DNA of 32,000 nt, taken from Thermoproteota archaeon (GTDB lineage: Archaea > Thermoproteota > Nitrososphaeria_A > Caldarchaeales > Calditenuaceae). Below are positions 1 to 7,552 of the stretch, piece after piece. Under the pieces are notes generated by a model. It did no database searches. It saw nothing but the letters and a program-made list of their open reading frames with translations, and had not been told where the DNA came from. The DNA lies in contig JAUQPU010000001.1 in the NCBI GenBank assembly GCA_030550235.1, positions 65,458 to 97,457 of the forward strand, read 5' to 3'. How positions within the stretch are numbered: position 1 is the first letter of the stretch; each line of letters opens with the position of its first letter. A program made the position numbers and the translations under genes.

Positions 1-993
1 GGAGGCCACTACTGCAGCATCTATTCTCGCCTGCATCCTCTTAGACCCGATCTCGGATTTAGTCAGGTATAACACCTTAAACTTGCGGCTAATCTTTTCA
101 ACGATCTGGGGTGTGGCGTTGAGGAGAAGTATTCTCCCTTGTTTTTTAGGGCTAAGGTGCTTGGTGAGGAGATCTCTGACCGTTTTATCACTCTCTCTTA
201 AGACTCGCGCTATTGCTTCAGCAATCATGGATTTCTGAATCTCCGATTCCTCAAGCTCGCACAGTAAAACAAGCAGAGAGCTCCCCATCTTACCACGCCA
301 TGAAATCCTGCTCTTCCCCACAAAATTGTGGAGATTCTCCGAGTGTAGTATTCCATATCTGCGGTAGAGAATGAGGCCCGTCTCTATAGCAGCCGCGTAT
401 AAAGCCGCCTCGCAAAGTAACTGTGTGAGGGTTGCCGCCTCCGCCTCAATATAGCTTAGGCCGGGGAACAATTGGCTGCGCCCTGCAAGGACAGAGATTA
501 TAGGTCTTGCTTGGGTATTGATAGGTGGACCGCCAACAGGGACCCGGCCCCTGAAAATCCTGGCCGGTGGCAGGTAGAACAGCCTCTTCTTACCGCTGTT
601 TTGCTGTAAGACGGAAGCGAGCCAATCCATCAGCCCCAGCCCATGTATCCCCGTGTGAATTATATGGGCCTCTTTGTCCTCGGCCCGATTAGCGATCTGC
701 CCATAGACGTATGCTAAGTCTCTCTTATCGATGTCAGAGTTGAGCCAGTGGATGTAGGATACGACTATCCTATCACATTTCGAGATTATCTCGCTGATCT
801 TCACCTCCTCCAGTTGCCCCTTGTTCGTCGCGTTGGCTACTAGTTTACGTCCCGCATCGCTGATTCTCAGAGATTTAAGACGTCTGGTCTGTAGGAATGA
901 AGAGTATTGGACATGCAGGCCATTTCTTAATAGCTTGAAGAGTTGGTTTACGCCGGAGCCATCCATGTCGATCAATCCGACCAGCGATGTCAC
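1..993 (-). CDS. Hypothetical protein, 3'-truncated by the window edge (at least 322 aa visible). Third gene of the aglH operon.
   Basis: I translated the minus strand by hand. It is stop-free from ATG 966 to position 1. An alternative GTG start at 993 overlaps the TGA of the upstream 80-aa ORF as GTGA. Sequence: (VTSLVGLID)MDGSGVNQLFKLLRNGLHV...AHIIHTGIHGLGLMDWLASV...LLLNATPQIVEKISRKF. It is missing from the ORF track because it runs off the window. I recognise no family. Confidence 0.55.
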   Translation of the reverse strand, partial: MTSLVGLIDMDGSGVNQLFKLLRNGLHVQYSSFLQTRRLKSLRISDAGRKLVANATNKGQLEEVKISEIISKCDRIVVSYIHWLNSDIDKRDLAYVYGQIANRAEDKEAHIIHTGIHGLGLMDWLASVLQQNSGKKRLFYLPPARIFRGRVPVGGPPINTQARPIISVLAGRSQLFPGLSYIEAEAATLTQLLCEAALYAAAIETGLILYRRYGILHSENLHNFVGKSRISWRGKMGSSLLVLLCELEESEIQKSMIAEAIARVLRESDKTVRDLLTKHLSPKKQGRILLLNATPQIVEKISRKFKVLYLTKSEIGSKRMQARIDAAVVAS

Positions 994-1232
994 CTCTTCC
1001 CACCTCTACCACGACTCAATTTGATGGAGATGTAAAGAGCAAGCTCAAACAGCCAGAAAACCCAAACAGCAAACAGAATTAGAGAGAATCCAAGACGTGC
1101 AAGGCTTGCTGCCAAGCTAGACTCAATAACCTGAGTCAGCGGCAGGATTAAAATAGTGATGGCGGTGAGTATCCCGATTAGCGAGGCCCAGGCTATGGTG
1201 ATCAGGGCTAGCAGTATTTTGAGCGAGCTCAT
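990..1232 (-). CDS. Small hydrophobic membrane protein (80 aa, 2-3 predicted TM helices, basic C-terminus)
   Basis: Its ATG overlaps the aglH stop as ATGA (1229-1232). Its own stop overlaps the next possible start as GTGA. The sequence is strongly hydrophobic (ILLALITIAWASLIGILTAITILILPL ... LILFAVWVFWLFELALYI) and ends in RGRGGKR. Confidence 0.55.
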   Translation of the reverse strand: MSSLKILLALITIAWASLIGILTAITILILPLTQVIESSLAASLARLGFSLILFAVWVFWLFELALYISIKLSRGRGGKR

Positions 1233-2215
1233 GCCAGCTTCACCCTCATGATGAGGTAGGTTATTAGGGCTAGTATGGAAGAGTAAACGCCCAGCAGGGC
1301 CATCCTCTTAGAGACATCCGCCTCCCCCATCGGCCTCTGCGACGTGATAAGCCTCACGAGAGTGATAGGGTCGCTTAACTTCGAACTAGACACTATCATC
1401 CCGCCAACAACACGAATAGGCCTAGCCGCTAGAGACTTTCCCGACTTAAGCCCCCCCATCGAGACGATGATAAAGAACTCATTTAGAATCTGGGGTAGCA
1501 ATGCGACAAGTGTGACGACCTCGATTCGCGCAGTAATCGCGACAGTAGTAATCACAGCAGCTATCAGATTACTCCCTATGTTGCCGCTGAAAACCCGTGC
1601 AGGGTACCAGTTGTATCTAAGGAACCCTAGGAGAGAGGCGGAGAGAACTATGCATGCTAGAGCCTGGCTCAGCCCACCCTCAATCCAGGAGACTGCTGCC
1701 AAGAGGATGAGTACTGGGAGTGTTGAGAGGGCCAGTGAACCATTAAGCACGTCGACGCTGTTCACGGCATTGGCTACGACAGTATATGCCGCCAACATGA
1801 GTACAGGGTATATGATTGTGATTCTAATGTTACCTAGTAGGGGAATTATCGGGTAGGGGCTATAGGCTGATAAAATTAGGATAGGGATTCCTGGGAGGAG
1901 TAGTAGGAGGGGTTTGACATAGGGGTTAAGCTCCTTTACATCCTCGAGAAGCCCGATGGCCGCGGCGATGATAGGTGAGACAATAAGGACTAACCCTGCC
2001 ACGCCACCACCCATAAACCAGTTCAGAATCATCGCGGCAGAGTAGCCTAGCGTAAAGGCAAGACCACCTATCTTAGGGACATGGGGCCTATTAGGTTTAT
2101 GAACATCGACACCCATCAGCATAGGAGAGCGTATATTCCTAGCGATGGCCCTGCTCAGTAGAAAGGAGGAGAGGAAGGATAATAATGTCAAAAGTATGAA
2201 CTCTGCTACTGACAT
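1229..2215 (-). CDS. aglH: UDP-GlcNAc:dolichyl-phosphate GlcNAc-1-phosphate transferase (MraY/WecA/Alg7 family, AglH-like)
   Basis: 328-aa polytopic membrane protein. The N-terminal GVDVHKPNRPHVPKIGGLA motif and overall layout are typical of polyprenyl-phosphate GlcNAc-1-P transferases. ATG at 2215. Confidence 0.88.
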   Translation of the reverse strand: MSVAEFILLTLLSFLSSFLLSRAIARNIRSPMLMGVDVHKPNRPHVPKIGGLAFTLGYSAAMILNWFMGGGVAGLVLIVSPIIAAAIGLLEDVKELNPYVKPLLLLLPGIPILILSAYSPYPIIPLLGNIRITIIYPVLMLAAYTVVANAVNSVDVLNGSLALSTLPVLILLAAVSWIEGGLSQALACIVLSASLLGFLRYNWYPARVFSGNIGSNLIAAVITTVAITARIEVVTLVALLPQILNEFFIIVSMGGLKSGKSLAARPIRVVGGMIVSSSKLSDPITLVRLITSQRPMGEADVSKRMALLGVYSSILALITYLIMRVKLA

Positions 2216-2281
2216 GCCGCGAGTATTGATAGTGGCTAACTATATAACCAGTATCTTCACCTAAGCCTATGGTGCTCAGGA

Positions 2282-3340
2282 GTGGAGAGAGTCTGGATAG
2301 ATGTCCTGACTCCCAAGCAGGCCCTCTTCTTCTGGCCCCTTGCCGAGTCATTGGAAAGGCGTCGCGTTGAGGTGCTAGTAACTGCAAGGAGGTATGAGCA
2401 GCTTGACTGGATTCTTAATCTCCTGCAGCTCGATGCAAAGGTGTTGGGGAAGTTCGGTGGTGAGAGTCTGATGGAGAAGCTGAAAGCCAGCACAGAGCGG
2501 CAGAGACTATTCCTGGGATACCTTAAGGAGAGGAAGCCCGACATGGCGATCTCGAGCGGCTCGATAGAGATGGCGAGGGTCTGCTTCGGCCTCCAGATAC
2601 CCCACCTCCTCACCTCAGACTCGCCACACTCACCTGTAAACAAGCTCTGTGTACCCCTCTCCACCAAGATACTCACACCAAACGTAATCGATTACGGCGA
2701 GTGGATTTTTTGGGGGGCAAGACGCTCGAGCATCCTGAGATATAGGGGCCTAGACCCTTTGGCTTGGATTAAGAGGTATGACAGGCTCAAGGGGAGGGTG
2801 CCTGAGCCTCCAAAGGATGAGTATGCGCTTGTGAGGGTTCCAGAGTATAAGGCCTCCTACATTTTGGGTAAGGGTCTGGGTGAGACTGTGGAGATCTTGA
2901 GACGCGTCTCAGAGGTCTTTAGACGCGTAGTGGTGTTGTGCCGTTATCGTGGTGAGGCCCAGCTGCTAAGGGGGAGAGTCCCAACCAATGTGGTGCTCAT
3001 AGGGAGGCCAGTTCTAGCGCTCCCATACATCCAAGGCGCCTCCATAGTATTTTCCGGTGGAGGGACAATGGCACAGGAGGCAGCTCTCCTAGGAAAGCCG
3101 ACGATACTCTTCTATCCCGGGCAAATACCCGCCATTCACAGATTTCTAGAGTCGAAGCGGCTGCTATTTGTCTTGAAGCCGAGCGGCTACAGGAGGATTA
3201 GGCGGGTCTGCGAGTATCTGGCCAATAGCCGTGTGAGGAGGGAGATTATGAGGAGGGCTGAAAGGCTAAAAAGTGGCATGGAGGACCCGACGGCCTTTAT
3301 TGAGAGGACAGTCCTAGCCCTTCTCCGTCAAGCCCTTTAA
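2282..3340 (+). CDS. DUF354-family protein. Putative GT-B fold glycosyltransferase (MurG/Alg13-14-like C-terminal motif).
   Basis: N-terminus VWIDVLTPKQALFFWPL...VEVLVTARRYEQL is DUF354-like. The C-terminal ASIVFSGGGTMAQEAALLGKPTILFYP resembles the nucleotide-sugar binding motif of MurG/Alg13. GTG start. Divergent from aglH with a 66-nt spacer. Confidence 0.78.
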   Translation: MERVWIDVLTPKQALFFWPLAESLERRRVEVLVTARRYEQLDWILNLLQLDAKVLGKFGGESLMEKLKASTERQRLFLGYLKERKPDMAISSGSIEMARVCFGLQIPHLLTSDSPHSPVNKLCVPLSTKILTPNVIDYGEWIFWGARRSSILRYRGLDPLAWIKRYDRLKGRVPEPPKDEYALVRVPEYKASYILGKGLGETVEILRRVSEVFRRVVVLCRYRGEAQLLRGRVPTNVVLIGRPVLALPYIQGASIVFSGGGTMAQEAALLGKPTILFYPGQIPAIHRFLESKRLLFVLKPSGYRRIRRVCEYLANSRVRREIMRRAERLKSGMEDPTAFIERTVLALLRQAL

Positions 3341-4918
3341 AATCTCCTCGGACTCAGTTATCCTAGATATGAATTCCCTAATTTCTCCCCTCAATGCCTT
3401 GTAAACCTTCAGATAACTGCTCCTGCCTATCTCACCCCTTTGAAGCTCAGTATAGCTCCTGTTCAACATCTTCAAAGCCTCGCTGACTCTCGCCATATCC
3501 TGTTGGAGACTCCTCTTAACTCGCATGATCTGCTCCCCACCCTTCATACCTCCAAATGCCTCAAGAAGAGAGTCGTACCTAGATTTCAGCTTGGACATGC
3601 TCGGCTGCATCTGGGCTTTTCCTACATCCCCCCTCCTGAGGCCGGCGATATCGTCCAGCTCCTCCAAGATATCCCTAAGCTCCGACAATCCTCGAAGGAG
3701 CCTCTGCGCAGTGGCCTGGTCCAGGGCTGGCTCAAGCTGGGCCTTCTTGGCGCGGTATACTGAGCCGTATGCGATGAAGCTGCCGGCTCCCAGAATCAGT
3801 ATTGCAAGGACCAGTGATTGGGGTATGATTGGGGAAACACCCTGGGATGTCGTCTCAAATGTGAGCGTGTCTGCCTTGTAGGGGTTGACCAATGACTTCT
3901 GGAACCGGACAACCACCCTGCCCGGTGTGTCTCGATATATCTCGCTGAAATAGCTGTTCGAGGCGGGGGATAGTGGCTTTGGAAGAATTGCTTCAATGTT
4001 GAAGTCTTCGATTGTAGCGTTTAATGGTGAGAAGGTTTTTAGGGAGATAGTGTTTTGTGCGAGCCTTGTCAGGTTTGAGGACTCTTGAATCATGGCCTTG
4101 ACGTAGAACTCGTATCTCCAGCCTGCTTGAACTTCGAACCTCTGCGGATAAATATTGACTACCACTGAGCTACCTCGCAGTCCGTAGTCGATTTGGCCTG
4201 AATAATCTCCGGCCTCGACAACACGAAGCCCTGGAGGCAGGTTGAGGAGAATGTTGGTGATGCTTCTATAATCATCGTTGCGCACCTTCACCCAAATCGT
4301 GACCAGCATCGAGTCTAAATCGTATACTATCGTTAGCCTCTCTCCAGTTAGTAAGCGGAGATCTGTAGAGGTAAAGGTGAGGGATATTGTCTGGGGCGTG
4401 TCAGTAGACGTTTTAACACCTCTCTGGACCAAAATCGTCCCATTTAGGGCGAACCCCCTAGGAATGTTTGGGACCTGTGCATCAGCTGGAAGCTGGATGA
4501 ATATGTCCGAGGAGTAATTGATTCCCGTGAAGAATGGAGTGGAAGGTGATGTGACAGTGTATGTGCCATCAGCACGCCCACTGATAAGGCCGCTGTATAC
4601 ATATCTTATAATTACCTGCTCCGAGGTTGGTAAGAGTCTATAATACGTGTCTCCTTCCCTGTTCTCTTGGCCGGCGATTGTCGCCCCCACAACTTGGAGG
4701 TCTCTCAGGTTTGGGTGTATTGCGGCGGGGATTCCGATCTCGAAGCTATCGCCCACGGGAGCTTTGGTGAGGCTATCCTGCACATAGACTAATCCATACT
4801 GGGAGATGGAGATTACCCGCTCCACAGAGACATCCCCATCCTGCGCCCATGTGACTACAGGAGTGAAGGCCAAGAGAGATACAGTGATGAGAATAATCGC
4901 CGTCAGTTTATTGGTCAT
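3314..4918 (-). CDS. Type-I membrane protein with a ribophorin I (OST1)-like ectodomain and a cytosolic coiled-coil tail
   Basis: Signal peptide MTNKLTAIILITVSLLAFTPVVTWA. Beta-rich ectodomain with NxS/T sequons (NYS, NGT, NLT, NAT). One TM helix at about aa 364-387. A helical tail of about 145 aa. Segments IYPQRFEVQAGWRYEFYV, FNIEAILPK and GRVVVRFQKSLVNPYKADTLTFET line up with remembered ribophorin I motifs ([35 protein letters not shown]...VVHYTF). Confidence 0.6.
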   Translation of the reverse strand: MTNKLTAIILITVSLLAFTPVVTWAQDGDVSVERVISISQYGLVYVQDSLTKAPVGDSFEIGIPAAIHPNLRDLQVVGATIAGQENREGDTYYRLLPTSEQVIIRYVYSGLISGRADGTYTVTSPSTPFFTGINYSSDIFIQLPADAQVPNIPRGFALNGTILVQRGVKTSTDTPQTISLTFTSTDLRLLTGERLTIVYDLDSMLVTIWVKVRNDDYRSITNILLNLPPGLRVVEAGDYSGQIDYGLRGSSVVVNIYPQRFEVQAGWRYEFYVKAMIQESSNLTRLAQNTISLKTFSPLNATIEDFNIEAILPKPLSPASNSYFSEIYRDTPGRVVVRFQKSLVNPYKADTLTFETTSQGVSPIIPQSLVLAILILGAGSFIAYGSVYRAKKAQLEPALDQATAQRLLRGLSELRDILEELDDIAGLRRGDVGKAQMQPSMSKLKSRYDSLLEAFGGMKGGEQIMRVKRSLQQDMARVSEALKMLNRSYTELQRGEIGRSSYLKVYKALRGEIREFISRITESEEILKGLTEKG

Positions 4919-4987
4919 GCTGCGTCTCTTATGACCCCCTGTAAGCCGACTTAAAGAGGTTATCTACAGGCCAGAGATATAACTCTC

Positions 4988-5590
4988 TTGGGGGTGCCTT
5001 TCGGTGTGCAGAGATTGATAGTTGCGTTGAAGCTGGAGGGGTTGAACGCGTCCCCCGAGCTTCACAAAGAGCTCCTTGAAAAAGCTAGGGGGCTAATAGC
5101 TCCTACTCGAAGCCGGCTGGTTGATGTGAGGATTGGTAGGAGGCGTATCGAGATAGACACTTTAACCAGCAATCCCGAGTCAGTCGTCTCCGCCCTCTCT
5201 AGCATAGCCCCCATCGAGTATACCAGGGAGGTGGAGGCTCTTGGGTCTGCCTTGGAGGGTGAGCTGGTGAAGCATGCGGTCGAGCTGTTTAATGACGAGA
5301 GGTTTTGGGAGACGCACGAGACCCTTGAACGTGTTTGGAGGGAGAAGAGTGGGGAGGAGAGGGAGGTCCTCTCTGGCCTGATTAAGCTAGCCGCAGCCTA
5401 CGTCAATCTGCAGAAGGGTAAAGCCGCTAGCTACTTCAGGCTGCTTGAGGCCGCCCTCAACCACCTAGCCAGGTGGCGGGGAGTGAAGTATTATAGTATT
5501 GATATCGAGGCCTTGCGGGTCGAGATCAGGTCTATGCTCGAGGCAGGCTCCCCCAGGTTCATCACAATGTCTGTGTGTGACACTTTTTAG
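4988..5590 (+). CDS. DUF309 domain protein
   Basis: FNDERFWETHETLERVWREKSGEEREVLSGLIKLAAAYVNLQKG matches the DUF309 signature (F-x-HE-x-E-x-W ... GLIQ-AA). There is no in-frame ATG, so the start must be TTG 4988 or GTG 4994. Confidence 0.72.
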   Translation: MGVPFGVQRLIVALKLEGLNASPELHKELLEKARGLIAPTRSRLVDVRIGRRRIEIDTLTSNPESVVSALSSIAPIEYTREVEALGSALEGELVKHAVELFNDERFWETHETLERVWREKSGEEREVLSGLIKLAAAYVNLQKGKAASYFRLLEAALNHLARWRGVKYYSIDIEALRVEIRSMLEAGSPRFITMSVCDTF

Positions 5591-5601
5591 CAAGCTAGTC
5601 T

Positions 5602-6729
5602 ATGCTGAACTTGGTGAGGGCTCAGGTATATCGCGTGGACAGGAATGACCCAGACCCAAGAGCAGTATCCCACGCGGCTGAAGTCATAAGGAGGGGAGGA
5701 CTTGTAGCCTTCCCCACAGAGACCGTATATGGCTTGGGCGCCGATGCCCTAAATCCAGGAGCTGTTGAAAGGGTTTTCAAGGCGAAAGGCAGGCCGCCAG
5801 ACAATCCACTGATAATACATGTTGCAAGCATGGAGGAGCTTTACACCATAGGCAGGGATATCGACTGGAGGGCAGAAGAGCTGGCTAAACGCTTCTGGCC
5901 AGGACCCCTAACGCTAGTTGTTAAGAAATCCCCCATCGTCCCCAAAATTACGGTCGCAGGGCTTGATACCGCAGCGGTTAGGATGCCACGGCACAAGGTT
6001 GCCCTCCGACTCATCGAGGAGTCAGAGCGCCCTATAGCCGCTCCAAGCGCAAATAAGTCTGGCAGGCCGAGCCCTACATTAGCCGAGCACGTGGTTGCGG
6101 ACCTTGGGGATGAGGTTGACCTTGTGCTTGACTCCGGACCCACCGATATAGGTGTGGAGTCGACCGTGCTTGACATAACCTCAGAGAAGCCTGTTATACT
6201 CAGGCCTGGCGGCGTGTCTAGGGAGGAGATTGAGGCTGTTGTCGGCGTGGTTGAGGTCCATCCCTCCGCCCTCGGTGTCCTACCACATGGGGAGGATGCG
6301 CCGCGCTCGCCAGGCATGAAATATAGACACTATGCTCCAGCCGCTAAGCTCGTAGTCGTGGAGGGAGAGTTAGAGGAGGTTCGGCATGCTGTTCAGGAGC
6401 TTATTGACCTGCTGAGGCGCCGGGGGATCAGGGTAGGCGTTCTAGGCAGCGAAGGGTACAGCTACCGCGCAGATGTTCTCCGAGACTTGGGGAGCAGGTC
6501 CAACCCCGGTGGGGCCGCGAGGCTTCTCTTCAGATATTTGAGAGAGATGGATGATGAGGGGGTGGAAGTCATCGTCGCTGAGGGGTGGCGTGACGAGAAG
6601 GGCATCGCGCTAGCCATCAAAAACAGACTGAGGAAGGCCTCGGGTGGCGTGGTCTTGGAAGCTGAGCAGCTTATAAAAGCCTTGAGAACCTCACCTACCG
6701 GCGTTTACATAGAGGTTATGGGAACCTAA
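5602..6729 (+). CDS. sua5: L-threonylcarbamoyladenylate synthase, long Sua5 form (YrdC domain plus Sua5 C-terminal domain)
   Basis: Contains VAFPTETVYGLGADA, KGRPPDNPLIIHV, SANKSGRPSPT and GVESTVLD motifs. Its 375 aa are consistent with the two-domain Sua5 form. Confidence 0.92.
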   Translation: MLNLVRAQVYRVDRNDPDPRAVSHAAEVIRRGGLVAFPTETVYGLGADALNPGAVERVFKAKGRPPDNPLIIHVASMEELYTIGRDIDWRAEELAKRFWPGPLTLVVKKSPIVPKITVAGLDTAAVRMPRHKVALRLIEESERPIAAPSANKSGRPSPTLAEHVVADLGDEVDLVLDSGPTDIGVESTVLDITSEKPVILRPGGVSREEIEAVVGVVEVHPSALGVLPHGEDAPRSPGMKYRHYAPAAKLVVVEGELEEVRHAVQELIDLLRRRGIRVGVLGSEGYSYRADVLRDLGSRSNPGGAARLLFRYLREMDDEGVEVIVAEGWRDEKGIALAIKNRLRKASGGVVLEAEQLIKALRTSPTGVYIEVMGT

Positions 6730-6790
6730 ACCCATATCTCGAAGGGTAGGAACAGTTTAAAACGCGCCGTCATGCCTTAGCAGTTAAAGC

Positions 6791-7549
6791 ATGGTGAACC
6801 TATCCACCATCTCGGCGGAGCTACAGCCAACTAACAAACTCTACCTGACTGACTCCTACCTCAAGACAATCGATACAACCCTCCTCAGATACGTCCCGGA
6901 GACAAAGAAGAGCGGATACCTCGTAACCGCCGACACGATAATGCATCCGAAGGGCGGCGCCCAGCCTTCAGACATCGGGACGATAGAATCCCCCAGCTTC
7001 AAAGCCACGATTAAGAAGGTGCTGGAACACTCAGGCGTCATAATTCATTATGGCGAGGTCACGGACGGTGTGCCTAGAGAGGGGGACAGAGTCTCTATCA
7101 CGATTGAGTGGGAGGGGAGATATAAGGTGATGAGACTACACACGGCCGGCCACATAGTCGACTACGCGGCTCTGCAGGTTTTGGGACGCGACCTGTTCTC
7201 GTCAAAGGCATTCCACGGGCCGCCTGAAAGCTTCGTAGAATACATAGGCAGAGCCGAAAGAGTCGATATAACATCTCTACAGAAAATCTCCAACGACATC
7301 GTCAAGGCCTCGAGGCGTGTATATCCTATCTGGGTCTCAAGGGAGGATTTGATGAAAACTGTCAAGGGAGCGCCTAACATTGCTAGGCTCCCCGACCTAG
7401 AGACATATCGCGTAGTGGTTATAGATGGTGTGAATGCGATACCTTGTGGTGGAACACACGTGGCAAACACGATAGAGGTTGGGGAGATACTGATTAGAGG
7501 TGTCAGGGATGTTGAGAACGGCTTCAGGGTCATATACGATGTAGGATAG
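6791..7549 (+). CDS. alaX: AlaX-M type alanyl-tRNA editing protein (Thr/Ala-tRNA synthetase second additional domain)
   Basis: Zinc-binding editing motifs HTAGHIV and CGGTHV are present. Length is 252 aa. Confidence 0.85.
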   Translation: MVNLSTISAELQPTNKLYLTDSYLKTIDTTLLRYVPETKKSGYLVTADTIMHPKGGAQPSDIGTIESPSFKATIKKVLEHSGVIIHYGEVTDGVPREGDRVSITIEWEGRYKVMRLHTAGHIVDYAALQVLGRDLFSSKAFHGPPESFVEYIGRAERVDITSLQKISNDIVKASRRVYPIWVSREDLMKTVKGAPNIARLPDLETYRVVVIDGVNAIPCGGTHVANTIEVGEILIRGVRDVENGFRVIYDVG

Positions 7550-7552
7550 TAT

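Noticed and set aside
1344-1856. 170-aa plus-strand ORF inside aglH
   Set aside because: It lies entirely antisense to a well-supported membrane transferase gene. Its product is low-complexity (Ser/Thr/Arg/Ile-rich) and matches no family. This is a typical shadow ORF.
2257-2676. 139-aa minus-strand ORF overlapping the DUF354 5' region
   Set aside because: It is antisense to a DUF354 gene that has clear family motifs. It would also run through the shared promoter region. No family features.
5841-6317. 158-aa minus-strand ORF inside sua5
   Set aside because: Antisense shadow ORF with Ser/Thr/Pro/Gly-rich composition. The sua5 reading frame is unambiguous.
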